Program-made: the position numbers and the translations under genes
Part shown: in pieces, positions 54,014 to 63,050 of the stretch
Numbering within the stretch: the first letter of the stretch is position 1
Layout of the letters: each line of letters starts with the position of its first letter
The notes under the pieces: generated by a model
The model's database searches: none
What the model was told of the DNA's origin: nothing
What the model saw: the letters and a program-made list of their open reading frames with translations, nothing else
NCBI GenBank assembly: GCA_040755215.1
Contig: JBFMBG010000003.1
Coordinates: forward strand, 19,126 to 83,125
Direction: 5' to 3'
Length of the DNA stretch: 64,000 nt
Source: Bacillota bacterium
GTDB lineage: Bacteria > Bacillota > Desulfotomaculia > Desulfotomaculales > Nap2-2B

Positions 54014-55008
54014 ATGTGCTCTGGTTTATCCTGATTGCCGTCCTGTTTACCGGTTATTTCTTTTTGGAAGGATTTGATTACGGAGTGGGGATATTGCTGC
54101 CCTTCCTGGGGCGCAGCGACATCGAGCGCCGGGTGCTGCTCAACTCCATCGGCCCCTTTTGGGACGGCAACGAGGTGTGGCTGCTCACGGCCGGCGGAGC
54201 CATCTTTGCCGCCTTTCCGCACTGGTACGCCACCCTCTTCAGCGGTTTTTACCTGGCCCTATTTTTGATGTTGGTGGCGCTGATCGGGCGGGGGGCAGCC
54301 CTGGAGTTCCGCAGTAAAGACGACCGCCCTTTCTGGCGCAGCCTGTGGGACTGGGTTATGTTCGGGGGAAGCCTGGTGCCGGCGCTCTTGTGGGGCGTGG
54401 CCGTAACCAACCTTGTGCAGGGGGTGCCGATTAACGGCCAGATGCAATATACAGGCACTTTCTTTGACCTCCTTTCGCCCTACACCCTGGCTGGCGGCCT
54501 GGCCATCCTTTTACTCTTTGCGTTTCACGGCGCCCTTTTCCTGACGCTGAAAACAGAGGAGGATTTGGCTGCCCGGTCCCGCAGCCTGGGCCTGAAGTTG
54601 GGCGTTTTAGCGGTGGGTGCCCTTTTCCTCCTGGTGGTTTTAAGTTACCTGCAAACCGACGTGATGGACCGGGCGGGGACGGCCTTGCTTTTCTGGGGGG
54701 CGGGGACGGCTCTGCTGGCTGCCTGCGGATTCTTGCGGGCGGGCCGGTGCGGCTGGGCTTTTGTAAGCAGCGGGCTGGCCATTGTTTTCACTACGGCGGC
54801 TTTCTTTGGCGGGCTCTTCCCCCGGGTGATGGTTTCCAGCCTTCACCCAGAGTGGAGTCTGACCGTCTATAACGCCGCTTCCAGCCCTTATACCTTAAAG
54901 GTAATGACTGTCATCGCCCTTACCCTGGTGCCCGTCGTGCTCCTTTACCAGGGCTGGACCTACTGGGTTTTCCGTCGGCGCGTCAGCGCCAGGCGCCTGG
55001 AATATTGA
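54004..55008 (+). CDS. cydB: Cytochrome bd oxidase subunit II
   Basis: LWFILIAVLFTGYFFLEGFDYGVGILLPF, GPFWDGNEVWL. 10-nt overlap with cydA. Confidence 0.92.
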   Translation: MDLNVLWFILIAVLFTGYFFLEGFDYGVGILLPFLGRSDIERRVLLNSIGPFWDGNEVWLLTAGGAIFAAFPHWYATLFSGFYLALFLMLVALIGRGAALEFRSKDDRPFWRSLWDWVMFGGSLVPALLWGVAVTNLVQGVPINGQMQYTGTFFDLLSPYTLAGGLAILLLFAFHGALFLTLKTEEDLAARSRSLGLKLGVLAVGALFLLVVLSYLQTDVMDRAGTALLFWGAGTALLAACGFLRAGRCGWAFVSSGLAIVFTTAAFFGGLFPRVMVSSLHPEWSLTVYNAASSPYTLKVMTVIALTLVPVVLLYQGWTYWVFRRRVSARRLEY

Positions 55009-55093
55009 AGCCTGGGGAAAATGAATATTCGTTCCGGACGAGCGGAGCATGCCTTGCCGCTTGCCTTGGTATGGTTGGGGGAAAAGATGAAGT

Positions 55094-56827
55094 ATGGTAG
55101 AAAAACGTCTGCTGCGCGAGGCAAAAACAGTGCGCCTTGCCCTGGCCCTGGCGGTGGGTGCGGGTCTGGGGGCCGGCCTGCTGGCGGTGCTGCAGGCCGG
55201 CTGCCTGGCCCGGGTGGTGGACGGGGTTTTCCTCGGGGGCCGGGATCTGGACGGGGTGCGCACCTGGCTTTGGGCCCTGTTGGGGATAATCTTGTTGCGT
55301 GCGGTGTTGACCTGGGCGGGTGAAGTGGCGGCTTTCCGGGGCGCTGCCCGGATCAAACACGATTTACGCCGGCGGCTTGTAAAGCACCTCTTCACTTTAG
55401 GTCCGGTGTCCGTGCGGGAGGAGCGAACCGGGGAACTGGTCAACCTCCTGGTGGAAGGGGTGGAAGCTGTGGCGGTCTACTTCGCCCGTTACCTGCCGCA
55501 GCTTGCCTTAGCCGCCCTGGTTCCCCTGGTGGTGGTTGGTTTTGTTTTTCCCCTGGATTTAACTTCCGGGTTGATCCTTATTTTTACTGCTCCGCTAATT
55601 CCCCTGTTCATGTATCTAGTCAGCGGTTGGGCCCAGATTTTGAACCGGCGGCAGTGGGAAAATTTAAGCCGGATGAGCGCCCACTTCCTGGATGTTTTGC
55701 AGGGGCTCACCACTTTGAAAATCTTTGGTCAAAGCAAAACCCAGGCGGAAGTGATTGCCCGGATCAGCGATCGTTTTCGGGACACCACCCTGGGTGTGCT
55801 CCGGGTAGCCTTTCTCTCGGCCCTGGCCCTGGAATTTTTGGCCACCATCAGTACCGCCCTGGTGGCGGTTGGGGTAGGCCTGCGCCTGGTGTACGGCCGC
55901 ATCCCTTTTGAACACGCCCTTTTCCTGCTGATCCTGGCCCCGGAGTTCTACCTTCCTTTGCGGCTTCTGGGGAGCCATTTCCACGCCGGACTGGCCGGGG
56001 TCAGCGCCGCCGGGCGCATCTTTGCCCTGCTTGAAGCGCCTCTTCCCGAGCGTGTGCCGCCCCGGGGGGAAGCAGTTCCGTCGCTTGCGGGCGAATTTCA
56101 AATCGTCTTTGACGACGTGCATTACGCCTACGCGGGTGGCGACCGGCCGGCCCTGCAAGGAGCTTCCTTTAGGCTGAGCAGCGGGGAGCGGGTAGCTCTC
56201 GTGGGACCCAGCGGAGCAGGGAAAAGCACCATCGTAAATTTGCTTTTGCGTTTCGCGGAGCCCGACCGGGGTAAAATTACGGTCAATGGGGTTCCCCTGG
56301 GGAATGTACCGCCGGAGGAATGGCGCCGGTACGTGGCCCTGGTGCCCCAGCGTCCTTACCTTTTTTCCGGAACGATTGCCGACAACATTCGCCTGGGGCG
56401 CCCGGAGGCCTCCCTGGATGAAGTGGTGGCGGCCGCCAGGCGGGCTGGAGCCCACGGGTTTATCAGGAACCTTCCCCTGGGGTACGAGACGTTCGTCGGG
56501 GAGAAAGGGCTGCGTTTAAGCGGCGGCCAGGCCCAACTCGTGGCCGTCGCCCGGGCTTTTCTAAAAGACGCGCCCTTACTGATTTTGGATGAAGTCACGG
56601 CAAATCTGGATTTTGCCGCCGAGGAAATATTGCACCGGGTGCTTGAACGCTTGATGGAGGGGCGTACTGTACTGGTGATCGCCCACCGCCTGACCACCGT
56701 TTACCGGGCCCACCGTATTCTGGTGCTGGAAAAGGGCCGGGTGGTTGAAGCAGGCCGACACCAAGAGCTGATGAATCAGCAGGGGGCTTACCGCCGCCTG
56801 GTTGCAGCTTTCGGGGGTGGCCAATGA
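55094..56827 (+). CDS. cydD: Thiol-reductant ABC exporter, CydD-type subunit
   Basis: Six-TM domain plus NBD (GPSGAGKST Walker A, LSGGQAQ signature, LLILDE Walker B). First of two fused TMD-NBD genes after cydAB. The D/C naming is tentative. Confidence 0.8.
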   Translation: MVEKRLLREAKTVRLALALAVGAGLGAGLLAVLQAGCLARVVDGVFLGGRDLDGVRTWLWALLGIILLRAVLTWAGEVAAFRGAARIKHDLRRRLVKHLFTLGPVSVREERTGELVNLLVEGVEAVAVYFARYLPQLALAALVPLVVVGFVFPLDLTSGLILIFTAPLIPLFMYLVSGWAQILNRRQWENLSRMSAHFLDVLQGLTTLKIFGQSKTQAEVIARISDRFRDTTLGVLRVAFLSALALEFLATISTALVAVGVGLRLVYGRIPFEHALFLLILAPEFYLPLRLLGSHFHAGLAGVSAAGRIFALLEAPLPERVPPRGEAVPSLAGEFQIVFDDVHYAYAGGDRPALQGASFRLSSGERVALVGPSGAGKSTIVNLLLRFAEPDRGKITVNGVPLGNVPPEEWRRYVALVPQRPYLFSGTIADNIRLGRPEASLDEVVAAARRAGAHGFIRNLPLGYETFVGEKGLRLSGGQAQLVAVARAFLKDAPLLILDEVTANLDFAAEEILHRVLERLMEGRTVLVIAHRLTTVYRAHRILVLEKGRVVEAGRHQELMNQQGAYRRLVAAFGGGQ

Positions 56828-58626
56828 AATATCTTCTTTTCCTTTTGGAAATAATTGTTCCTTCCTGGCCTTGGGTGCTTTTGGCGGTCTTTCTGGGCTT
56901 TTTCGCCGCGGGGAGTACCGTCGGACTGATGGCTACAGCGGCTTTGCTCATTTCCGGCGCGGCGTTGCATCCCCCGGTAGCCGGGCTGATCATACCCATT
57001 GTAGGAGTGCGTTTTTTCGGCCTTTCCCGGGCAGTGTTCCGCTACCTGGAGCGATATGTGGCCCACGACGCGGTCTTTCGGGTGCTAAGGGAAATCCGGG
57101 TCCGGCTCTACACGGCTCTTGAACCTTTGGCCCCGGCCCGGCTGACGGACCACCACAGCGGGGACCTTTTAAGCCGCCTGGTGACGGACATTGAGACCCT
57201 GCAGAACTTTTCCCTGCGGGTGGTGGCGCCGCCGTTGGTAGCTCTGCTGGTGCTGGCCGGGACGGCTTTCTTTTTAGTCTGGTTTGAACCTGTGCTGGTG
57301 CTTGCCCTGCTGGGATTTTTCATCGCGGGTGGGGTGGCGGTGCCTTTGCTCGCCAGGAGCCTGGGCCGGGGGGTAGGCCGGCGGATGATTGAGGTCAGGG
57401 GAATTCTTAACGCCCACCTGGTGGATACCGTCCAGGGAATGAGCGAAATCATTGCCTTCGGCCAGGACGGGCGGCAACAGGAACGCATAGGGGCGTTGAG
57501 CCGGGAATTGCTTCGCCTGCAGGGACGGGCGGCCGGCGTCAGTGCCCTTTCCAACGCGGCTACCGGCCTGGCCATGAATCTTGCCTTGTGGTCGGTCCTC
57601 CTGCTGACTGTTCCTCTGGTGAGCCGGGAGGAGCTGGACGGCGTCTACCTGGCCATGCTGGCCCTGGGAGCCCAGAGCAGCTTTGAAGTGCTCCCGCCCC
57701 TCCCCATGGTATTTCACTACCTGGAAGAGAGCCTGGCGGCAGGAAAGAGGGTGCTGGCCCTTTTCGGTGCTGAAGCGGCAGTGCAGGTTCCGCCCGGCTT
57801 TTCCCCGGTGCCTGCCGGTTGCTCCACCGGTTGCGACTTGCGCGTTGAGGGTTTGCGTTTTCGCTATGGTCCGGATGAGCCCTACGTCCTGGACGGAGTG
57901 GACTTCGTTCTCCCGGCGGGGGGTCGCCTGGCTGTCGTCGGCCCCAACGGGGCCGGGAAAAGCACCCTGGTTAACCTTCTCTCGCGCTTTTGGGATTACC
58001 AGGAGGGAGCCATTTACCTGGGCGGGCACGAGCTCAAGGCCTATAACCCCGAGGACGTGCGGGGGCTCATCAGTGTGGTTACCCAGCGCACCTATCTTTT
58101 TAACACCACCGTCAGGGAAAATCTCTTGCTGGCCAGGCCCCGGGCGACCAGAGAAGAACTCATTAGGGCGGCCCGGGAAGCGCAGATTCACGATTTTATC
58201 GAGAGCCTGCCCCGGGGATACGACACCTACATCGGGGAGGGGGGCGGCAAACTTTCCGGCGGTCAGCGACAGCGCCTGGCCATTGCCCGGGCATTCCTGA
58301 AAAACGCGCCCTTTCTGATATTGGACGAAGCTACTGCTGATCTTGATCCAATTACTGAACGGGAGCTGCTGCAGGCCATCTACCGCCTTATGCAGGGGAG
58401 GACCACCCTGGTCATCACCCACCGCCTGGTGGGTCTGGAGGCAATGGACGAAATTCTCGTTCTCGAAGGGGGCCGGGTGGTGGAGCGGGGGCGGCACGCG
58501 ACCCTTTTGCAGCGGGGAGGGTTCTATCGCCGTATGTGGGAACTGCAGCAGGAGATGCTGTTATCAGCAATACCCGACGGAAATTCCATGGACAGACGCT
58601 TCCAGGCCCTTTCCCCGCTGGCTTAA
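56824..58626 (+). CDS. cydC: Thiol-reductant ABC exporter, CydC-type subunit
   Basis: TMD plus NBD (GPNGAGKST, LSGGQRQR, FLILDEATADLD). 4-nt overlap with the preceding gene. Confidence 0.8.
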   Translation: MKYLLFLLEIIVPSWPWVLLAVFLGFFAAGSTVGLMATAALLISGAALHPPVAGLIIPIVGVRFFGLSRAVFRYLERYVAHDAVFRVLREIRVRLYTALEPLAPARLTDHHSGDLLSRLVTDIETLQNFSLRVVAPPLVALLVLAGTAFFLVWFEPVLVLALLGFFIAGGVAVPLLARSLGRGVGRRMIEVRGILNAHLVDTVQGMSEIIAFGQDGRQQERIGALSRELLRLQGRAAGVSALSNAATGLAMNLALWSVLLLTVPLVSREELDGVYLAMLALGAQSSFEVLPPLPMVFHYLEESLAAGKRVLALFGAEAAVQVPPGFSPVPAGCSTGCDLRVEGLRFRYGPDEPYVLDGVDFVLPAGGRLAVVGPNGAGKSTLVNLLSRFWDYQEGAIYLGGHELKAYNPEDVRGLISVVTQRTYLFNTTVRENLLLARPRATREELIRAAREAQIHDFIESLPRGYDTYIGEGGGKLSGGQRQRLAIARAFLKNAPFLILDEATADLDPITERELLQAIYRLMQGRTTLVITHRLVGLEAMDEILVLEGGRVVERGRHATLLQRGGFYRRMWELQQEMLLSAIPDGNSMDRRFQALSPLA

Positions 58627-59696
58627 TGGAAAAAGCTGGGGAGAGTCAGGATGATTTCCAGTAAAAAGAGCAGGACAATGGCCAGTTCCAGCAGCATCGA
58701 CTGCTGGTTTACCAGCCGGTTGCTCAAAAAAGAGTAGTTTTGCATGATTACCGAGCTTTTTTGCTGAATGCTCTCCATCCAGGCTCTGGTTCGAAAAATG
58801 GCGAGGGCGGCACCGTATATGCGGGCGTAAAAGACATCCTCGGTAACCTTTAAAGAATTCTGGATCTTTTCCGTAATTTCGTTGATTTCGACAACCAGTT
58901 CCATCAGTTTATTCATAATCTGTCTGTATTGACCCAGGCGCCTGAACTGGGTAACCGCTTCCGCTTCTTCGATGGCGTCGTACATTTTGGTCATTTCTTC
59001 ACTTAGGAGGCTGTCGTAGTAGCGTAATTCCAGCAACTGGGTGAGGGCAAATTCCAGCAAGTCGGGGATGTCGAAACTACCTGTGTTATCGTAAACGAGC
59101 GCGGAACTCCAGGTAATGATCGTGAGGTCTTCCTCGCCATAAGTAAAGGTATGCTGGAGTGTTTCCCTGCGCACCTGCTGACTGACGGGTTCATTCTCGC
59201 CCAAAAGAAGCGGAACCGGGTCCCATTCTTTCTGCCACTGGCGAAAATAAAACAGGAGGTAGTCTTCTTCAAAGCCCCGGTAACCCGGCCTGATCATTGT
59301 TTGCGCCAGGGCTTCCCTTACTTCGTCCCGCTTGTTCACGAACAAATATTCGAGGTCTTCCGTATCGGAAAGATATACGGCCAGGTCGCGGATTTTTTCG
59401 TAGGTGCATGAGCCGCTGAGCAGAATACGCATAATAATGCTGATTACACCTAAATCGTATACTTTGGCGATAAATTTTACCGGGTAGCGCTCTTTGCAGA
59501 TGAGGATATCTTCTTCACCCAGTTCCACCGTGACGGGCGGGTTGGGGATGTGGATGGATTTAGGGCGAATGCGGGACAGTCTTAGCCTGGCGGTGGGCTT
59601 GCTTTCCGCTAAAATTTTTTCCACCAGATGGAGCTGAATCTCTTCGGCTACATCGTAGAGGCGGTACAACCAGATTGCATTTGCCATCGTGTCCAT
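58623..59696 (-). CDS. Hypothetical protein with a C-terminal TM helix, possibly RMD1/DUF155-like
   Basis: 357 aa. C-terminal ...QQSMLLELAIVLLFLLEIILTL resembles the RLEW-IIILI-E tail of DUF155 proteins. Its stop overlaps the cydC stop (convergent). Confidence 0.35.
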   Translation of the reverse strand: MDTMANAIWLYRLYDVAEEIQLHLVEKILAESKPTARLRLSRIRPKSIHIPNPPVTVELGEEDILICKERYPVKFIAKVYDLGVISIIMRILLSGSCTYEKIRDLAVYLSDTEDLEYLFVNKRDEVREALAQTMIRPGYRGFEEDYLLFYFRQWQKEWDPVPLLLGENEPVSQQVRRETLQHTFTYGEEDLTIITWSSALVYDNTGSFDIPDLLEFALTQLLELRYYDSLLSEEMTKMYDAIEEAEAVTQFRRLGQYRQIMNKLMELVVEINEITEKIQNSLKVTEDVFYARIYGAALAIFRTRAWMESIQQKSSVIMQNYSFLSNRLVNQQSMLLELAIVLLFLLEIILTLPSFFH

Positions 59697-59828
59697 TCCT
59701 TCCGTTTAATATATTTTAACAAAGGGCCACAAAAAATTCCATGCCCATACGGAAAGTGACTTGACGGTTTCGCCCTGATTTACTAAGATCAGGATAACAA
59801 TTTTAAGCGATGGGGGAAATAGTTTGCG

Positions 59829-60764
59829 ATGAAAGATTTAATTATTATCGGTGGCGGCCCGGCCGGTTTAACCGCCGGGATTTATGCCGGCCGGGCAAAG
59901 CTGGACGTGCTTTTGCTGGAGAGGGGAGCGCCCGGGGGGTTGGCCAGCAGCACGGAAATGATTGAGAATTACCCCGGCTTTCCCGAGGGGATCGGGGGGG
60001 CCGAATTAATGGCGCAGATGCTGGCCCAGGCGCAGCGTTTCGGATTGGCCGTGCAAAGCGCCAGCGCGGAGGAAATAAGTTGCTCCGACAGGCATTTTGT
60101 GGTTAAAACGGAAGACGGGGTTTTGCAGAGCCGGGCGGTAATTCTGGCGACCGGGGCCGAACACCAGCTTTTGCACGTTCCGGGCGAAAAAGAGCTTCTG
60201 GGGCGGGGGGTTTCCTATTGCGCCACCTGTGACGGCGCCTTTTTCCGGGGAAAAACGGTGGCTGTGGTGGGCGGCGGGGATGCCGCGGCTGAAGAAGCAA
60301 TTTTTTTAACCAGGTTTGCCCAAAAAGTCCTCCTTATTCACCGCCGCGGGGAGTTACGGGCCACCAAAATTGTTCAGCAGAAGGCCATGGCCAATCCCCA
60401 GATTGAATTTGTCTGGCACAGTATAGTGGAGGAGATTCTCGGGGAGTCCGCCGTGCAAGGAGTCCGCGTCAAAGACGTGCGCACGGGCGAGACCCGCGTC
60501 CTCGCTGTGGATGGCGTATTTATTTATATCGGGCAAAGACCGGCCTCCCGTCTGGTGGAGGAACTGGCGGAACTGGATGAGCGCGGATACGTCATTACCG
60601 ACGATAAAATGCAGACCAGTTGTCCCGGTCTTTTTGCCGCCGGGGACGTGCGCAAAAAGCTGTTGCGACAGGTGGTTACCGCGGTGGCCGACGGCGCGAT
60701 TGCTGCCGTGGCGGCGGAAAAACATATCGAGGAACTTAAAGCGTTGGAAAAGGCCGGTGCCTGA
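59829..60764 (+). CDS. trxB: Thioredoxin-disulfide reductase
   Basis: IIIGGGPAGLTAGIYA, redox-active CATCDG, NADPH site VVGGGDAAAEEA, GLFAAGDV. Confidence 0.92.
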   Translation: MKDLIIIGGGPAGLTAGIYAGRAKLDVLLLERGAPGGLASSTEMIENYPGFPEGIGGAELMAQMLAQAQRFGLAVQSASAEEISCSDRHFVVKTEDGVLQSRAVILATGAEHQLLHVPGEKELLGRGVSYCATCDGAFFRGKTVAVVGGGDAAAEEAIFLTRFAQKVLLIHRRGELRATKIVQQKAMANPQIEFVWHSIVEEILGESAVQGVRVKDVRTGETRVLAVDGVFIYIGQRPASRLVEELAELDERGYVITDDKMQTSCPGLFAAGDVRKKLLRQVVTAVADGAIAAVAAEKHIEELKALEKAGA

Positions 60765-61172
60765 GGGGACAAGGAGTTAACTCTTCCCGGATGATTGAGA
60801 AAAAAGAAAATGCTGTATCTTTTTCGATACAGCGGAGAAAGGGAGAGGAGATTAGGTTGTTATCAAAGCTCGTTGTTTTTATTATATCCGGCACCTCGCT
60901 GATGAAAAGAGATTTTCCTTAAGTGGTTGAATTTTATCCTTAACCGGGCATATAAAGCCGTTAGAGCACCCCGGACACCCTCCGGCAGCGTTTTTGATTT
61001 GGCCGGTTACCGTTAGGTTTTGTTTTATAACGGTTTAACCCCCGATAAAGTCCTTTGAGGGAATCTTCTAAATATTTAATCTGTACCGGAATTGCAGGAT
61101 ATTTGCTAACCGGCGGAGAATTCGTAAGGCAGTGTCGGCGGAAGACGCAACAATAATTTGGAGGTGCAGGGG

Positions 61173-62156
61173 GTGCAGGATTTACTTCAACGATTTTGGG
61201 CCGGGGAACCCCGGGCGCTGGCCCGCCTTATTTCCATTCTGGAAAATGAGGAATCCGGTCGTGACGAATTAATGCGCCAGCTTTTTACAAAGACGGGGCG
61301 GGCGTACATCCTGGGCGTGACGGGATCTCCGGGTACAGGGAAAAGCTCGCTGGTGGATCGCCTGACAGCTTTACTCCGGAAGCAAGCCTTAAGGGTCGGG
61401 ATCGTGGCCGTCGATCCGACCAGCCCGTTTTCCGGCGGCGCTCTATTGGGCGACCGGATCCGCATGCAGGAGCATGCCGTGGATCAGGGCGTTTTTATCC
61501 GCAGTATGGGCACGCGGGGCAGCCTGGGCGGATTGGCCCACACCACGAAAGAAGTGGTCAAAGCCATGGACGCCTTTGGCTTCGACTGGGTGATCGTGGA
61601 AACGGTGGGCGTCGGCCAGGCGGAACTGGATATAATGCACGTGGCGGATTCGGTGATTGTCGTGCTAACCCCCGGGGCGGGCGATTCCATTCAGACAATC
61701 AAGGCGGGGATTATGGAAATTGCCGATATTTTTGCGGTTAATAAAAGCGACTTGCCCGGGGCGGATAAAGTGGCCCTGGAAGTGGAGATGATGCTCGATC
61801 TGCACTCGCCTGCGGTGCCCTGGCGTCCGCCGGTAATCAAAACTTCGACCATAAGCGGAGCCGGTCTCGAAGACTTATTGTCCGCCATTGAAAAACACCG
61901 GGCTTATCTGGTAGCCGGGGGCCTTTTCCAAAAACGACGGGAAGAGCGCCTGCGCTCGGAAACCTTAGAAATTTTGGATCGCCAGTGGCAGCGGTTGGTT
62001 CGTAAGGAGCTGAAACTGTCGGAGGAAGTAAATGATTTATTGGAAGCAGTCGTCAAAAGGAAGATCGATCCCTATACAGCGGCCGCCTCAATTTTAAATT
62101 ACGTCGTAGCGAATTCGAGTCTGCGAAACGAAAGCAAAGCCGGCGCGTTTTCTTAA
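61173..62156 (+). CDS. meaB: Methylmalonyl-CoA-mutase-associated G3E GTPase MeaB/ArgK
   Basis: Trimmed to GTG 61173 (SD GGAGGTG 6 nt upstream). ARLISILEN, GVTGSPGTGKSSL, VDPTSPFSGGALLGDRIRM, ETVGVGQ, NKSD. Confidence 0.87.
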   Translation: MQDLLQRFWAGEPRALARLISILENEESGRDELMRQLFTKTGRAYILGVTGSPGTGKSSLVDRLTALLRKQALRVGIVAVDPTSPFSGGALLGDRIRMQEHAVDQGVFIRSMGTRGSLGGLAHTTKEVVKAMDAFGFDWVIVETVGVGQAELDIMHVADSVIVVLTPGAGDSIQTIKAGIMEIADIFAVNKSDLPGADKVALEVEMMLDLHSPAVPWRPPVIKTSTISGAGLEDLLSAIEKHRAYLVAGGLFQKRREERLRSETLEILDRQWQRLVRKELKLSEEVNDLLEAVVKRKIDPYTAAASILNYVVANSSLRNESKAGAFS

Positions 62157-62191
62157 AAAGGAGCGGTCCCGGCAAAAGGTGGAAATTTATT

Positions 62192-62230
62192 GAAGCTGCC
62201 CATTTTCTACCGGGGCAGCTTCTTTTTTTG
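62192..62230 (+). terminator. Rho-independent terminator after meaB
   Basis: gaagctgccc / gggcagcttc stem followed by ttttttt. Confidence 0.8.
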
Positions 62231-62317
62231 TAACAAGATCAGGCAACGGTACATATCCTAAAACAGAAACTTTCCATCCGGGGAAAAATTTAAAAACATC
62301 GAAAGGAGGAACTTGAA

Positions 62318-62491
62318 ATGCCGGATATACTTGAAAAGCAAGGGGAGGTTACCACTAAAGCCACCACCACAACGGAAGTTTTTGCCGGTGTTTTCCTAAT
62401 TCTGGTCGGGCTCTTATTGATCAGGATATTTGGTGCTTTCTTTGCGGGGGCCGTGGTTACCCTGGTGGGCTTGTTTGTCCTTGCCTTTTAA
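62318..62491 (+). CDS. Hypothetical small membrane protein (57 aa, below the ORF-track cutoff)
   Basis: SD AAAGGAGG 8 nt before the ATG. MPDILEKQGEVTTKATTTTEVFAGVFLILVGLLLIRIFGAFFAGAVVTLVGLFVLAF has two hydrophobic helices. A hairpin gggctaca/tgtagccc lies downstream. Confidence 0.4.
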   Translation: MPDILEKQGEVTTKATTTTEVFAGVFLILVGLLLIRIFGAFFAGAVVTLVGLFVLAF

Positions 62492-62577
62492 AGGCAAAAA
62501 TTGCCGTTTTCAGAAGTGTTTAAAGCCAAAGGGGCTACACCTTTGTGTAGCCCTTTCCTCTAAATTTTAAATTAAGG

Positions 62578-63000
62578 ATGTGGGAAGACATGAAGGTTCC
62601 TGCAAATAACTTGCTTCAAGAAGCTTTGCAGCGCCTCCTGGAAAGGCTGGAAACCGTGCAAGCGGAAACCGACGCAAGGCTGGAAGATGCTGCGAAAGTA
62701 GCCGCCAGCCTGGATAAATTAGCCGAAGTGGTGGCAAACCTGGAGCTCCAACGCAGCCAGGAAAACAAGTTGCTGAGTAAACTGGAAAACCTTGCCCGGC
62801 AACTAGCGAATTTAGATCGTGAAAAGAAGGAAAAAGTGCCTAAAAAAGGATTTGAACGTTCTCTGCGCTTTTTCGTTGCCGGGACAAAAACCGTTGGGCA
62901 GATCATGGAAGTGATTGCCAATAGTGTGCAGATCATGATGGATTCAATTGCTCAGGCAATTAACGAGTTGCGGACATTGTCTTCCGAAAAAGCTTCTTAA
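62578..63000 (+). CDS. Hypothetical coiled-coil protein
   Basis: 140 aa (start possibly ATG 62590). Long heptad-like stretch LLQEALQRLLERLETVQAETDARLEDAAK...LENLARQLANLDREKKE. No family recognised. Confidence 0.4.
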   Translation: MWEDMKVPANNLLQEALQRLLERLETVQAETDARLEDAAKVAASLDKLAEVVANLELQRSQENKLLSKLENLARQLANLDREKKEKVPKKGFERSLRFFVAGTKTVGQIMEVIANSVQIMMDSIAQAINELRTLSSEKAS

Positions 63001-63050
63001 AAGAGGTAGTGGCTGAAAAGCCACACATTAAAAGCCAGGGGATGTTTCTT

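Noticed and set aside
58623-58626. 4-nt overlap of the convergent stop codons of cydC and the DUF155-like gene.
   Set aside because: This is a real feature of the sequence, but convergent stop overlap is common in compact genomes. By itself it indicates nothing beyond the absence of an intergenic terminator.
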